64,000 nt of DNA from Felis catus (taxonomy: Eukaryota): positions 104,842,001 to 104,906,000 of the forward strand of contig NC_058377.1 in NCBI RefSeq assembly GCF_018350175.1, given 5' to 3'. Made by a program: the position numbers and the translations under genes. A model generated the notes under the pieces. It saw only the letters and a program-made list of their open reading frames with translations. It did not search any database and was not told the DNA's origin. This document shows positions 37,100 through 50,249 of this stretch, in pieces. Each line of letters opens with the position of its first letter. Positions within the stretch are counted from its first letter, which is position 1.

Positions 37100-38950
37100 C
37101 CTGCCCCTACTACCAATTCGCGCTGTGATCTGGGGCAAGTCATCACCTTTTCGGCCCCTTTCCTGCACGACTTAGCTAGGCTGGAAGAGCTCAGATCTGT
37201 CGGTTCTAAGTGGATACCTGTAAGATAAGATTAAGGAATCATGTACAGAACACGTGGTGTGGACTATAAGGGATCCAGACAAAGCAGGACAGACGGATGT
37301 GGTCAGTGAAGTCTTCTTGGCTGAAGAGGTGTGAATGAGCTGGATTTTGACAGGTGGGCAATATTCAGATAGAAGAGAGCAGAGGGCATCCCAAGAGGAG
37401 GAAGAGCACGCACACAAGCCTGGAGAGAAACACGGCTGCAGGTATATAGGGCAGTAAGGCATAGTGGTCAAGAGCATGGACTCTGAAGCCAGCCTGTGGG
37501 TGCTCTAATCCCAGCTCACCCAGCTAGCAAACTGTATGACATTCTCTCCTTAATTTCCTCATCTGTAAAATAACAAAGGTTGAACTAACTCACAGGGTTG
37601 TTGTGAGGAGTTAATATTAAAAAGCGCTTTGTACTTTGACACATAATAAGTACGATACACGTGTTCATGTTTGTTATCATTATCCCTGAAGCCAAGCAAG
37701 ATTGTCCAAACCACTATTATCTCTCCCTTGCAGCAGTGAAATAGCATCCTAATTGGTCTTGTTTCCAGCCTAGCCTCCTTCTAATCCACTTTTTATAGAA
37801 CAGCCAGTGATCCCCTTTCCATGAAAAATCTATTTCTGCTATTCCTCAGGCTTTTCATTCATTCAACAAATATTGATTGGGTGCCTCCGTGCCAGACTCT
37901 GCTCTGGTAACTGGAGATACAAATGGTGATGGCGAACAAGGTTTCTGCTGTCTTGGAGCTTACGTTCTTTGGGGGAGGGGGGTGGCATAGACAATCAACT
38001 CTAAGAAGAAAATTCCAGAGAGTGGTAAGGGCCAAGAATAACACAAATCAGAGAAAGACGGATGGGAAGTGGTGTGGATGGGAGAGATGGGCTGCATTAC
38101 GAGGGGTATTCAGGGAGGGCATGTCTGAGGAGGTGACATTTTTGCTGAGACCTGAATGAGGGAGAGTATTCCTGGCAGAGAAAACTGGCCCCCAAGTCCT
38201 GTACCATCTAGCCCCTACTGACCTCCACCACCTGACCTTCTCTCCAGCTTCCCTTTCAAGTCCTCAAACTTACTCCCTCTGGCTGGTTTCACTACTTGTG
38301 CCTGGCACACCTCCCTCCTCTCTCCTCCTCTCCTATTGCCTCCAAAGGAAACTTCAATCTCATTTTAAATGGTACTTCCTCTGGAGCCTTTTTCTTGACC
38401 CTTGACTCAAGTTCAGTCCCCCACAGTACCCTGTAATTCTCCAAGCTATTCTGGTAGCTATAATCACTTACTTATATCATTGTTTACAAGTATCTGTTTG
38501 ATATCTGTGTTCTCCACTAGACGGCAAATGCTGTGATATCAGGAACCGTCATTGTTCTGGTCACCGTCGTTCCTCAGAGTCTAACACAGCCCCTGACACA
38601 CAGCAGGAACTTCATAACTGTCCTTGGTTGAATGACAGGCTGCCCGTCAAGCCAAGCATCCTGCATCTTTGGATGTGGTAGGAAATAAAATGGATCCTTT
38701 CAGGCAGGGCCTTGAACCAGAGGCAGTTAGACTTGGGGCTGGCAGCTGACCAGCAGCTGAGCTGCAGAGTGATAACTACACTCCCAAAAGATTCCTCTGG
38801 AAGACACTTACTGGACGGGTTGGAGGAGGACAAACTGGAGAAAGAGAGAGAGCCAGTAACGATCCTTACTGAGTGCCTACCGTGTGCCAGGAAGGCACAC
38901 TACTAGGTCTTAGAGATACCACTGTGAGCAGAGGCAGAGCTATCCCTATA
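37100..38950. mobile_element. Cluster of ancient MIR and L2 fragments
   Basis: MIR-like tttcctcatctgtaaaat...cacagggttgttgtgagg. L2-like cattcattcaacaaatatt...gtgccagactctg. Confidence 0.6.
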
Positions 38951-39163
38951 TTGGAGAACTTACGGCTGTAGCTGGAGAATGGAGAGAACAGGGAATCCTT
39001 TCAAGCCTTGTGAATTTCAAAGGCTAGAAAGGATATAGGGAAACTGATTTTGGAGTAAATATTACAGATAAGAACTCGATCCCAGATTCCTCCCCACTCC
39101 CCCCAATCTCCACCTCCCACAAAGGAGGTAAAGATCCCCTAGGCAGGGAAGGAAGACATAGTT

Positions 39164-39167
39164 AAAA

Positions 39168-39219
<52 letters not shown>

Positions 39220-39236
39220 AAAAGAAAGAAAAGAAG
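39164..39236. repeat. (GAAA)n microsatellite
   Basis: Read directly from the sequence. Confidence 0.95.
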
Positions 39237-39549
39237 GGGGGGGGGGATATATACATAGCTGTACGTGGATCCTGGAGAAAGGAACTCTATACACCCTAGG
39301 CCATGGCTGTTGCTACTTGGGAATTAAAGGGACATATTGGCCAACAACCCAGAAAAGCTCCATTTCCCAGGTAGATGTAGTGGCAGCCTGTGTGGAAAAG
39401 TAACAGAAGAGCAGGTAAGACAATGCAGTTAACTGACAGTGAGGATTAGATGACTGCCCCTACCCTCCGCCCCCACACTTTGGCCCCATGTGAATTTTCC
39501 AGTGTGTACACTCTGAAGACTAAGGGTGGGAAGAACTGAGATTATTTCT

Positions 39550-39744
39550 TCTTCTTTTTTTATGTTTATTATTTTTGAGAGAGAGAGGGAGACAGAGTGC
39601 GTGTTGGGGAGGAACACAGAGGCAAAGAGACACTGAACCCAAAGCAGGCTCCAGGCTCTGAGCTGTCAGCACAGAGCCCAATGCGGGGCTTGAACTCACC
39701 AACCTGAAGTAGGACGCTTAACAGACTGAGCCACCCAGGCACCT
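39550..39744 (-). mobile_element. CanSINE with perfect 14-bp TSD
   Basis: ctgagattatttct at 39536-39549 and 39747-39760. Confidence 0.92.
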
Positions 39745-39828
39745 GTCTGAGATTATTTCTACTGCTCAGATAGAAAAGGTTTGAAAAGAAAGTGACTTGT
39801 CATGGGGGGCGGGGGGGGGGGAGTTACA

Positions 39829-39845
39829 TTTTTTAAATGTTTATT

Positions 39846-39897
<52 letters not shown>

Positions 39898-40056
39898 CGA
39901 GCCGGGTAGGAGCAGAGAGAGAGGGAGAGAATCTAAAGCAGGCTCCACGCTCTGAGGTGTCAGCACAGAGCTGACATGGGGCTCAAACCCCTGAACTGCA
40001 AGATCGTGACCTGAGCCGAAGGTGGACACTTAACCAACTGAGCCACCCAGGTGCCC
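39829..40056 (-). mobile_element. CanSINE with long (GA)n
   Basis: Reverse-complement head ...ctgagccacccaggtgcccc, flanked by gttacattt repeats. Confidence 0.92.
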
Positions 40057-40869
40057 CAAAATGTTACATTTCTTGCACAGGAGTCTGGGAGATTGGCAGT
40101 CCTTACAGATCAGAAACATCTCACAAGCAATTGTAAAATTGCAAATGTTAGAAAAGCTACAATGTGAGGCCCAGAGTGCTGCTAGAGCCTGTTCTGGAAG
40201 AGACTCTTAGCTGATGCAGGGAGTAATGCGGGTCCAGAGGAAGATGGCTGCAGCTGAGAAACATCCAAAGGAAATAAACAACTGGAGGAGAGGACAGGCT
40301 GGTTGCTGCTGAGTTGTGTAGTGTGGGAAGACAGAATTGGAAGACTGATTCAGGGAGGACATGAAAAGAGTTCTGTTTTAGAGTGTTGAGTTTCAGGAAG
40401 TGTTTTAACACCGAAGGGGAGGTTACCTATGGCAGCCAGTGTCAGAGAGGCAACTTGGGTGGGTGTTTTTTGGGTTTTTTTTCAATGTTGGCTCTCGGTA
40501 CTTCATGGTTATCTCCACACGCCACTGTGAAGTGAAATGGTATTTTAGGAACTTCTAGGACTGGATAGTAAAGTTGAAACAGCTGAGGTCAAGAGGGATG
40601 AAGAAAAAAGTGCCTAGAATCACAAACCAGCCAAGAGATCACTCACAATCTTGCATTTGTGTGTGTGGAAATGGGGTCTGGAAGTTGGCTCCTTTCCTTC
40701 TCTATAACTGAATGAACATTCGAGAGCCATCAGCAGGGTTCGGGTGCATAATTGCTCTCAGAGGGGGCGGACGCATCTTTCCAGAGCTGGTACCTCTTAC
40801 TGCTCCCCTAATACCTTTTTCCTTTGTGCCTTTTTAGCGCGAAAGTTCCTCAAAAAGACCAGGTGCCTC

Positions 40870-42010
40870 TTGGTTAGAACTACATTTCCCACAATGCCCG
40901 GGAGGTACTGGGTAGCTTGAAACTACGTGGACCGAAATGCTGAGGGCTTGAAGAGACGGCCCGGCTTCGACTCCGAATTTCAAAGATTCAGTTTACTTAC
41001 TGCACAGCTCAGATATAGCCGCTTCTTCCCCCTTTCCTGCCAGAAACTTCCGTTCCCAGCTCGAACTTCTGATCCCACTCTTTTTTGGTGGGAATGCTCG
41101 GTGGGGGTGGACAGTGGGGGGAGAAACGTGATCAAGAGGATAGGGCGCATGCGCCCACGGCACGGTGTTTGGGCGGGGAGGGGGACCGGCAGGTCCCCGG
41201 GCTCCTCCCGCCTTGCGCGTGCGCAGACGATAAACCAACGCCCCGGAGTTGAGGCGCGGGTTTGGTGGCGCGTTTTAGCGAAGTCGCACGTGAAGGGCAG
41301 TAGTGGCCGGAGCCCGGTGAGTGCCAGTCGAGACCGGGGCTCGGGGACAGAACGCGGGACGGGGAGGCGGCAGCCGCTGCAGGTGGGAGCAGGGCGGAGT
41401 CGCGAGGCCTGGCGGACACGGGTGGGGAGGGGTCCGACGGCCCCCAGCGGGGGAAACAAACGGGGGATCCGAATCCTCGTTGCTATGCAACAGGGGGCGT
41501 CGTTACTAGGTAACAGGGGAGGCACGCGTTTCCGGGGTGAAGAGGGTTCGGAGCGCTGCTCAGAGGTCCGGCAGGGGCGGGGCGGCTGTCAGGCTGGGGT
41601 AGGAGGCTAGCGCTGAGCCGGTCGCCCCCGCCCCACGACCCAGCTTCCCGCGGCCTCGCTTTGAGCCCCTTGGGGTATCCCGAGCCCCTTGGGGTACCTC
41701 GAACCCCTGGGCCGCGCCGCGTCCCTTGCCAGCGACGCCACCCAGCAGGGCTTGGCAGGGGACTTGCTGTTCGAAATAGCACATGCGACTGACACCCTGT
41801 CTGGGGGGAGGCTGGGCCCTGGGGAGGAAGCTGCCCCTTTGCCCGTCGCCCTGCCCCCAAACAGTTGCTGGGCAGCAGCTGCCAGGGGTTTAGCGGGGGC
41901 TGCCCCCACCTGCCGGGACGCTGACTTCATTTTCCTCAGTGGCAGCTTCGCCCCGTCAAGGAGCTTCCTTTCGACGCAGCTGTGCTGCTCCGGCGGCCGC
42001 TGCGTATTTG
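40870..42010 (+). promoter_or_regulatory. TMEM109 CpG-island promoter (ZNF143 SBS 40878-40897, NRF1 41143-41156 and 41214-41225, E-box near 41287)
   Basis: aactacatttcccacaatgc, gggcgcatgcgccc, tgcgcgtgcgca, cacgtg and high CpG density. Confidence 0.85.
41240..41316 (+). other. TMEM109: TMEM109 non-coding exon 1
   Basis: gggtttggtggcgcgttttagcgaagtcgcacgtgaagg matches the recalled human 5'UTR. Donor CCG|GTGAGT at 41317. Start approximate. Confidence 0.7.
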
Positions 42011-43409
42011 GATCAACTTTAAAATAAGCCTCTTCTCCCCGCTTCTCCCTTGCTACTTTGGCGAGTTTCTAATATTCATTTAACAAGCATCCATTAGTCA
42101 TCGTTCTGCGCTAGGCACTGGGGATTCCAAAAAAAGTGAAGTTCAACCGGAGGCGCGGGAAGTCTAATGGGGGAGGCCGGCATGTAAACCTGCTGAATTA
42201 TGTATGCTACAATGTAATGAGCGGTGTATTGGCAGTTTGTGAACGGCAACATTCCTACTGACGCTTAAGGTTTAGAAAGTTCTCGCAGAAACACGTAATA
42301 ATTCTTAAGCCTGCTTAACCCCATTTGACACTGAGGAGACTGAAACTCAGGTTAAGTCATAGGCATAAGGCGGTGGCTTCTAGTTTGTGGCAGAATGGAG
42401 CCTGGGAGGGAAGTCTAGGTTCCGACGCTCACTGCCACACTTTAGAGACTTTGCCTAGAATAGACTTTTTCCTTTGCTGCTGATCATTTCTGGCAGCTGT
42501 CTGGTTATGCATCAGAAATCCTCAAGGGGCTCTACAAACAAAATCCTGAGCCCCTATTTGGGAGCGTCTAAGATGGCCCCGATTGGGACAGACATCCTTG
42601 CTTGAACAGGCTCCACAGACTTTTCTGCTGGGCGACCAGAGCCGAGAACCACTGCTCCACTGGGGCAGCTCTGAGCAATGATGGGGGAAATCAGGGCCAG
42701 CAGAGGGCACTAAGTCAGCTGCCCCTCCTGCCACGTAGTGATTCATGGTGGGAAAGGAAGCTATCCCGAGGAAGGAGCCTTGGCAGGGGGTGTATGGACT
42801 GCCCCACCCTGCCCTCTTGGCAAACCACAGCTAAACATATAGTGCCTTCTCACTACCATAGTTAAGTGGAGCAGTTTCCCCAGCTGAGCCGGGTTCTCTT
42901 GGCCCTGCCCGAGCCATCTTCCAGGCACCTGGACAGAAGTGGCAGGGCTGGCCCCAGTCTTTTGCTGTCCTCATACCTCTTGGTACAAAACCATGTGCCG
43001 CAGGTGGGTCAGCTCCTGGCGGGACTCTGCATCTCCTCTCACTTTGAGCTCATTCATACTTGGTGGAACTCTTAAGTGCCTTGAGGGCCCTCTGTTTCTG
43101 AGGCAGCACAGGGGTTGGAACAAGAAGAAGGGCGAGATTTAGATCCTGGGTTCCGGAGGCAAGTCTCACCCAGTTCAGCCGTGCGAGCTTGAACAACTCC
43201 CCTGACCTCTCTAAGCCATAGTTTTCTGAGTAAAATGTAGAATAGCGGTACCCTGTAAGATTGTTGGAAGAGTTCAGTGAGATAGCGAAGTAACAGGCAT
43301 TTTGTAAATTATAAAGCACCACACACGTGCAAGAAATAAACGTCTATGCTTAACATCATTCACATACACACTGAACTGGGGCAGATGGCTGCTTGTATGT
43401 GTGAATATG

Positions 43410-43410
<1 letters not shown>

Positions 43411-43443
<33 letters not shown>
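43411..43443. repeat. (AC)n microsatellite
   Basis: Read directly from the sequence. Confidence 0.95.
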
Positions 43444-43445
<2 letters not shown>

Positions 43446-44754
43446 TTGTTGAGTGCCACCGTTTGAGGCCAGACACTGCAGGAGGTGAATATGTTTAAGA
43501 CCTACTTCCTCTCAGAGCTCAAGGCTGCTCCGGCTCTTGACTGCCATGGTTTCTCTTTATGAAAAGTATTTGGTTGGGCTGCAGTGAGGAGGTGTGATGA
43601 CAGTGAGTCTGGTTCTTGCTGCGCAGAAAGAACCTGGAAGAAATGAGAAGGGATCCTGTTAAATAAAACAATTTGAAGAAACGGACCAGCCAGTGATCTT
43701 CAGTCTCATCTGCAAAGGGCACTCTCTAGAATCCTGTTAGATTTGGTTTCTGGTGCACTTCAGAAGGTCAGCTGGGGAGCCAGTGATGGCCTCACTGTGG
43801 AGGGTTTATTCCAAGGTCCCCCAGCTCCTGTTGACTGAGGCAGATGTCTGCTTGAAAGTCGAGGCTGGCACAGAATGCAGGAGGCCGCCATGGGGGGAGC
43901 AGCTCACATCACCCTGACCTTCTAGAACCGAGGAGACGACATCTGATCCCTCCTGGTGGAGGTCCTTGGATATAGGATCCAACCTAAGATAGCAACCCTG
44001 CTCTTTAAGTCCCCAGTGGGGTTATGACCCAGATAGCTCAGGAACTGACCTGTGCTTCCCTCCTGTCTGACCACTGGCAGGCAGGAACCATCTGGTTCTT
44101 GATTTCTGCCAAAGAGGGGAGAAGAGTAAAAGCCTTCCCAGCCTGAGGCCGCTCCACATGAATGCATGTTTTTGCAGCCCTGGTTGATTCCACAGACCTC
44201 AAGAGGAACTCAGGGCAGGTGTTTCTGGGCCAGAAAGTGCCCCGGATAGGATATTTTTATAACTCTTTCTTGGACTCTTCTCCTTTCTACAAAGTAAGAA
44301 TCCCTCTCCACCCTGATGGCTCTGATTTCTGGGTAACTCCCAGAGTGATCTGGTAACCTGCAAAAACTTCAAACGCCTGGCTGCTCCTACATCAGGGGCA
44401 TGGCTTAGCCTCTGATCATTGGGTCTGAATCATGGAAAACTCCCTGGAGCTACAGGTTCATTTCTGACCCTGGGAGAGAACAGGGGATTTGCTGGTGCTG
44501 TTTGACATTTCTCAAGCACAGTGGTAACCAGCGAACTTGCAAACATTTTTTTTGGCTGGTCCACACCTGCTTCAATGAATCTGTGCGTGTTGGGTCTTAA
44601 CTTGCCTGTGGCATCATATTACAGATGAGCTCCAGAGTACAAAACACAAAGTGGGTAACTGAATTGTCACCAGGAGTCATTCACGGAGATGATTGCTAGA
44701 TGCCAAGTTTATTTTAGCCCATGAATAATCTATTGTGTGACTCTCTAAATCCCA

Positions 44755-44960
44755 TTTTTTTTTTTTTTTTTTTTTTGAGTGAGCGAGCGAGTACTCTTGA
44801 GTGAGCCGGGGAGAGGCAGAGGGAGAGGGAGAGAGAATCTTAAGCAGGCTCCATGCCCAGCACAGAGCCCAACTCGGGATCTATCTCACGACTGTGAGAT
44901 CATGACCTGAGCCGAAATCAAGAGTCAGACGCTTAACTGACTGAGCCATCCAGGCGCCCC
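44755..44960 (-). mobile_element. CanSINE in TMEM109 intron 1
   Basis: Long T-tail and ...ctgagccatccaggcgcccc. Confidence 0.92.
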
Positions 44961-45259
44961 CTAAATCACTTTTGAAACTGACTTCGGAGATGATACGGCA
45001 GGGCAGTATGTGTGAGGGGTCTGATATCGGACGCACCTGGGTTCAAATCCTGGCTTCCCCCCCCACCCTTATTGCTTATCCTACCTCAGTTTCTTCTTCA
45101 GTAAAATGGAGAACAGTAACAATGCCTACCTGATGGTGGCGATTGCATGAGATAGGGGGCACATGGTTAGCTTTTTATTAATAATATCTTTCCCTAAAGG
45201 CTGTGCTCTAACCCTTTGCCTACATTGGGAGCTGGGGAGTTGATTGAGGTCATTCTGTG

Positions 45260-45430
45260 TCAGTGGGTCTCAGCTCGGCACAGCGAAATTACCCGGGGAG
45301 CTTTTGCAGGTTCAAGCCTAAACCACTCCCAGACAGTGACACCAGAAAGTCTGAACTTGGGACAGAGGCATCAATAGTTTGTGAAGCTCCCCGGTGGCTC
45401 CAAAGAGCAGCCACAGTTGAGATCCACGGT
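45260..45430. mobile_element. MER5A-like hAT-Charlie MITE
   Basis: cagtgggtctcag...ccggggagctttt...agctccccggtgg...cagttgagatccac, with terminal and internal inverted segments. Confidence 0.55.
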
Positions 45431-46073
45431 GTTAACCTTCTCTCCCAAATAAGTGTGCGATTTGGAAGCAGAAGCCTGGCTTCAAACCCTGACCTTTCTA
45501 CTTAGCCCAGTGACCTGGGGCAGTGCCTAACCCCTGAGTCTGTTTCTTCTCATCTGTTACCAGTAGGAGGTTAATACCACCTCCTGTGATGGTCCTGCAG
45601 GGCAGGAGGCATATATGCAGTTTTCTCTTGCTTGAGCACATACCCGAGCACTTCTCTTTACATCTTTACACGGCAGGAATCTTATTTGTGTGTTATTTCC
45701 TAAGTTGTTTTTTATGTCTGCTTGATCTTAAGTAGATGATAACCTCCCTGGGGACAAAGCCTTATATTTGTTTTATGCCCGTAACACCTAAGACCCAGAG
45801 ACGGGCCTTGAGATTTTTAGAACTGGAACAATCCTAGATCTAGTCTCCCCTAAGGCGTTGGAGAATACTTGCCGGTTAACGAACGAACGTGCAAGTGGTA
45901 AAGAATGTGAAAGAGGAACCGGTGAATCAAAAGGTCGTGCTCAGCTGAAGTTAAAAGGCCCACTTCTGCCTTTCTCGGCTAACAGGGTGGGGGTAGAGGA
46001 GGGCATTCGGGGGGTGTCCGTGCCCGTTCTGGCGCTCCGCTCACCCTGTGCTGCTCTCCCAACAGACCCAGCC

Positions 46074-48150
46074 ATGGCAGGCCCACCGCGGGGCAAGCGT
46101 GTGTTCAAAGTCATCCTGACGGTCCTGGTGGCCCTCATCCTCCTCCACTCGGCATCATCCCAGTCCCACGCAGACTTCGTGCCACCAGGCCAGCAGAAGA
46201 GGGAGGCCCCGGTTGATCTCTTGAGCCAGATAGGTCGATCTGTGCGGGGAACGCTGGAGGCCTGGCTCGGGCCAGAGACCATTCACCTGGTTTCAGAGGT
46301 AAGGAAGGTGCTTCCTGCTGTGACTACACCCACCGAAGAAAGACAAAGGAGGAGACGTTCATGGCCACCCCGTCTTGGGTCCACATCCTCTCTGTGTCAT
46401 AATCCCTGCTGCAGAGAGCCCCACATTGTACAAGATGCAGCCAGAGAGTTCCCACTTTTTCGCAATCCCATTGTTCGATTCCTACCCTAGGGCCTGTAGC
46501 TCTCCTGAAATTTCCCTTATTCCTGCCCTCTCTTGTCAGAAAGACGAGGAAACGGACCAGTCCTTATAAACCCATGTCACTGGATGACGACAGAGTCTGA
46601 CTTTGGTCTAAATCTGACCTAAAGTCTTAAATTGGCAAAATGTCAAGACCTGAAAATTCCTTCCCCTCTAGACGTAGAGGTAGGCCTGACTCAGGGGCTT
46701 AAGACAGAGCTGTCTTTGCCAGCTAGTGACATCCTAGGTGTGGCATCACATGCTTTTGATAGGTCATTCTAAACACTTGAGATGATCATTTATAACATCC
46801 ATAATCTAGTAGACCTGAGGGACTCCTCCTTCGTTGAAACATCCTAGCCCTTCACAGATGTTGCTTCCACGACTTGATGATTCCGTGGGAGGACCCCAGT
46901 TCTACAGGGTGACAACTATAGAGATTTGATGACCACCCACCCCCCCCCCCCCATACACACACACATTCACCTACTACCATCACCAAAATATTCTAGCAAA
47001 TCAGTTGAATTAGGGCCCAGATGTCCTGAGTTCCAGTTTTGGAAGGAGACACGGCCTGCTGTCCAGGCTTGGTTCGCAAACCTCCGGCTGAGAAGGAGGT
47101 GAGGGACGTTCCCTCCTGGCCTTGCCTGCGCAGTGGTTGGAGGCTTAAAGGAGAAGGGCATGATTGATTATAAGCTTATCTCCTTGCCCTCCTCTTTCCA
47201 CAGACCTTGTCTCAGGTGATGTGGGCCATCTCATCAGCCATCTCGGTGGCCTTCTTCGCGCTGTCTGGGATTGCTGCGCAGCTGCTGAATGCCTTGGGGC
47301 TAGATGGTGAGTGGCAGGGTACTGGTTCGGTCCCCTGGAGCTTAGCCTGTCACCTCCTATTTGTGGGAGCTTATCTTTTCAGGGCGCAGACTTTTCCCCA
47401 GGTGCTTAACCCCTGCCAGGTGTCCCCAGAGGCAAACATAAGAGCAGGCTAACGGTTGCCCCTACTTACCAGGTGTTTGCTTCCTGTCTGGCTAAGCCAT
47501 AGTATCTCATGTAATTGCTACCCGCGGCCCAGAGCATCACTCCCATTTTGCAGATGAACCGGGTTTCAGGCGAGGGAAGTAATCTGCCCCCAGCCAGCAG
47601 GAACAGGAGCTGACTGACATTCAAACTCCTACCTTTGTGACCCTGTGGGGAAGGATTTTTCCTTTGCAGGGAGTTTTAGCTCCTTTTTTGGTTCTCCCCC
47701 CCCACCCCGTGCCCTCACCACTCCAGATTGGCTGATTCTGTGGTTCTCCCTCTTCCAGGAGATCACCTCACCCAGGGCCTGAAGCTCAGCCCCAGCCAGG
47801 TCCAGACCTTCCTGCTGTGGGGAGCAGGGGCCCTAGTGGTCTATTGGCTTCTGTCCCTGCTCCTTGGCTTGGTGTTGGCCTTGCTGGGGCGGATCCTGTG
47901 GGGCCTGAAGCTTGTCCTCTTCCTGGCCGGCTTTGTGGCCCTGGTGAGGTCAGTGCCCGACCCTTCCACCCGGGCCTTGCTCCTCCTGGCCTTGCTGACC
48001 CTCTACGCCTTGCTGAGCCGGCTCACTGGCACCCGGGCCTCAGGGGCCCAACTGGAGGCCAAGGTTCGAGGCCTGGAGCGCCAGGTGGAAGAGCTGCGCT
48101 GGCGACAGAGGCGGGCGGCCAAGGGGCCCCGGGGTGTGGAGGAGGAGTGA
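46074..48150 (+). CDS. TMEM109: Transmembrane protein 109 (mitsugumin-23), 3 coding exons, 239 aa
   Basis: join(46074-46298,47204-47306,47759-48150) = 720 nt, Kozak gccATGg. Reads MAGPPRGKRVFKVILTVLVALILLHSA...QLEAKVRGLERQVEELRWRQRRAAKGPRGVEEE*. Confidence 0.97.
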
Positions 48151-49374
48151 GGGGGCGCCGGGACAAGGCCTTCTGCGTCGTCCTCGTCGTACCAAAGAGC
48201 TGCACTGCTTCTGGATCGCACAGCCCTCCTTCCAGTACCCTGCCCCTTTCCTGCCCCGTCTCTGAACTGTCAGAACCTTCCTGTCTTCACCGGACCCCAC
48301 CCCCCACCCCTGGCTGAGAAAGAGGGAAGACCATTCCCCATGCGGTCCCTGGGGGCCCTGCCTTCTGAGGTTCTCTGTCTGGGATTGGGTTCTCCGTCTG
48401 TCTCTTAACCCTTTTGCTGCTCCCAGCCTGCCTCCGTCGGGGCAGGTTGGAACGGCCTCCCCGTGGCTTGTGCGTCTGCTCTCAGTGAACATCGCTGCCC
48501 CTGGTCTCCTGTGACTCAACTGGCTCCCCTCCGCTGCTGCCTTGCCTTCCTCCTGATGCTCTCCTAGCTCCTCCTTTGCCAAGTCCCCAGGCTTCCTTCC
48601 TCGTGCGTCTCCTTCCGGCCCTGCGCTCCACCCAAACCACAATCCCTCCAGGCATGCTCTCCATTGCCTAGCTCGGGCGAAGAGGCAGGGCACGTGGGAC
48701 CTGAGGGGAAGGCAAGGGGGAAGTTCCCACCCGGGGCTGGGAGCAAGGATGTACATGGAGTCTGTTCTAAGTGCCTTAATCCGAGCCAGCAGGGCCCTTT
48801 GCCTGCCCGCCACTGTACTGTATGTGGGAAAGTGCACTGTGGCTGCTTTGTGTCAAGAAGAGAGTTTTCCCTCTCAGATTCTTGATTCCCCTTCAGCCAA
48901 AGCAAAAGGTGACTGCTTCATAGGCTTGTGCCTGCAAGTTGGACCCTGCGGTGGCCATCAGATCCCCCATGGGGATTTCAGAGACACTGGAGGAGAAGGG
49001 AGGACTCACCTGTCTGCACAGCTCCAGACGGTTCTCCACCCCTCCCTCTCCCTCCACTCCTGCCACTAAGGACTTGCTGATCAGGGCCCACCCTGGTGGC
49101 CCCGGAGGCGTGCGGAGCAGACACACTAGAGCCGCACATCGGGGCCCCTTCCCTTCACAAGCTCTGAGAGGGGCAGCGTGAGCCTGCCACCCGAGCCCTC
49201 TCCTCCAGGGCTCTCATTCTTTCTCTCTGAGGTTCCGGGGGAGGTGGGTGTCCTCCACCAGGCCCAGCACGTGATGTGAAGAATGAATTAAACTCCCAGT
49301 TCTTAACTGTTAAGGTTTGATGTGGAATCACCGCTGCAGTGAGATATATTTTTATCAGCGCTTGGTTGGTTTTA

Positions 49375-49380
49375 AATAAA
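49375..49380 (+). terminator. TMEM109 poly(A) signal AATAAA
   Basis: About 1.2 kb after the stop codon, in U-rich context. Confidence 0.75.
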
Positions 49381-50249
49381 ATGCACGCTATTTTATTATC
49401 TTGTTCCATATAAAATGTATTTACTCAAAGTCTGGATTGCTTTCATTTCTCCCTCGGGCTAAATCCATTCCTGTAGAGCCGCTCCGTGTTCTTGACTTGT
49501 CCCTGCAGGGGCAGTGTGAAACTGGTAGAGAAGGAGGGAGGGGAGGGGGGCAAAACAGAATTGTTAGTACTGGGTACCCTTCCCTCGTGGACCATTCCTT
49601 CCTGAGGAAGGCATGCGCCCTTTACAAAACTTCCGGGAACTGACCAACCGCTGGGGTGGAATAGCGTGGATGTGGGGGAGGGCCATGAAGATACCCCTTC
49701 CCCCATTGAGTGTAAGAATAGGAAAGGCTGGTGGGCTGGCAGCCAGGAGATTTGCCTGTCCTCCCTCCTCCCCTCATCAGATGGGATTTTCCTGCACTAT
49801 GTTCTCAACCTGGCCTATGTTAGATCAGTTGTTTTGTAGAGGGTTACAGGCGTGTCGTTTCTGCCCCCCCCCCCCCCCCCCAGTTTCTTAAACTGCCCGG
49901 GAGATGCTAATGTGCAGCCAGGTGCTCTGGTCTGGACCTCTCCTAACTGCCTGGCAGGCAAGGCTGGGCCAGGAGGCCAGGACCTGGGAGGAAGGACTTC
50001 CCTCAGGAGCAGAGGGGCCCTCGCCCTTCCTGAGGCCCACAGACCCCTCCCAGAGCTGGGGCTAGGCAGGAAACTCCAGCTGTCTGCCCCTGAGAACTTC
50101 TTCCACAGGAGTGGTCCAGGGCTCTAGCAGCGAAGGCCCAGGTGATGGTCACCTGGGCCTTGTTGGCCCCTCTCTCCCCCTTTCCACCCTTGCAGCTCAG
50201 TTCCGCACATCCCTGAATTCCTGATTCAGGTGTGGATGCCTCTACAGGT

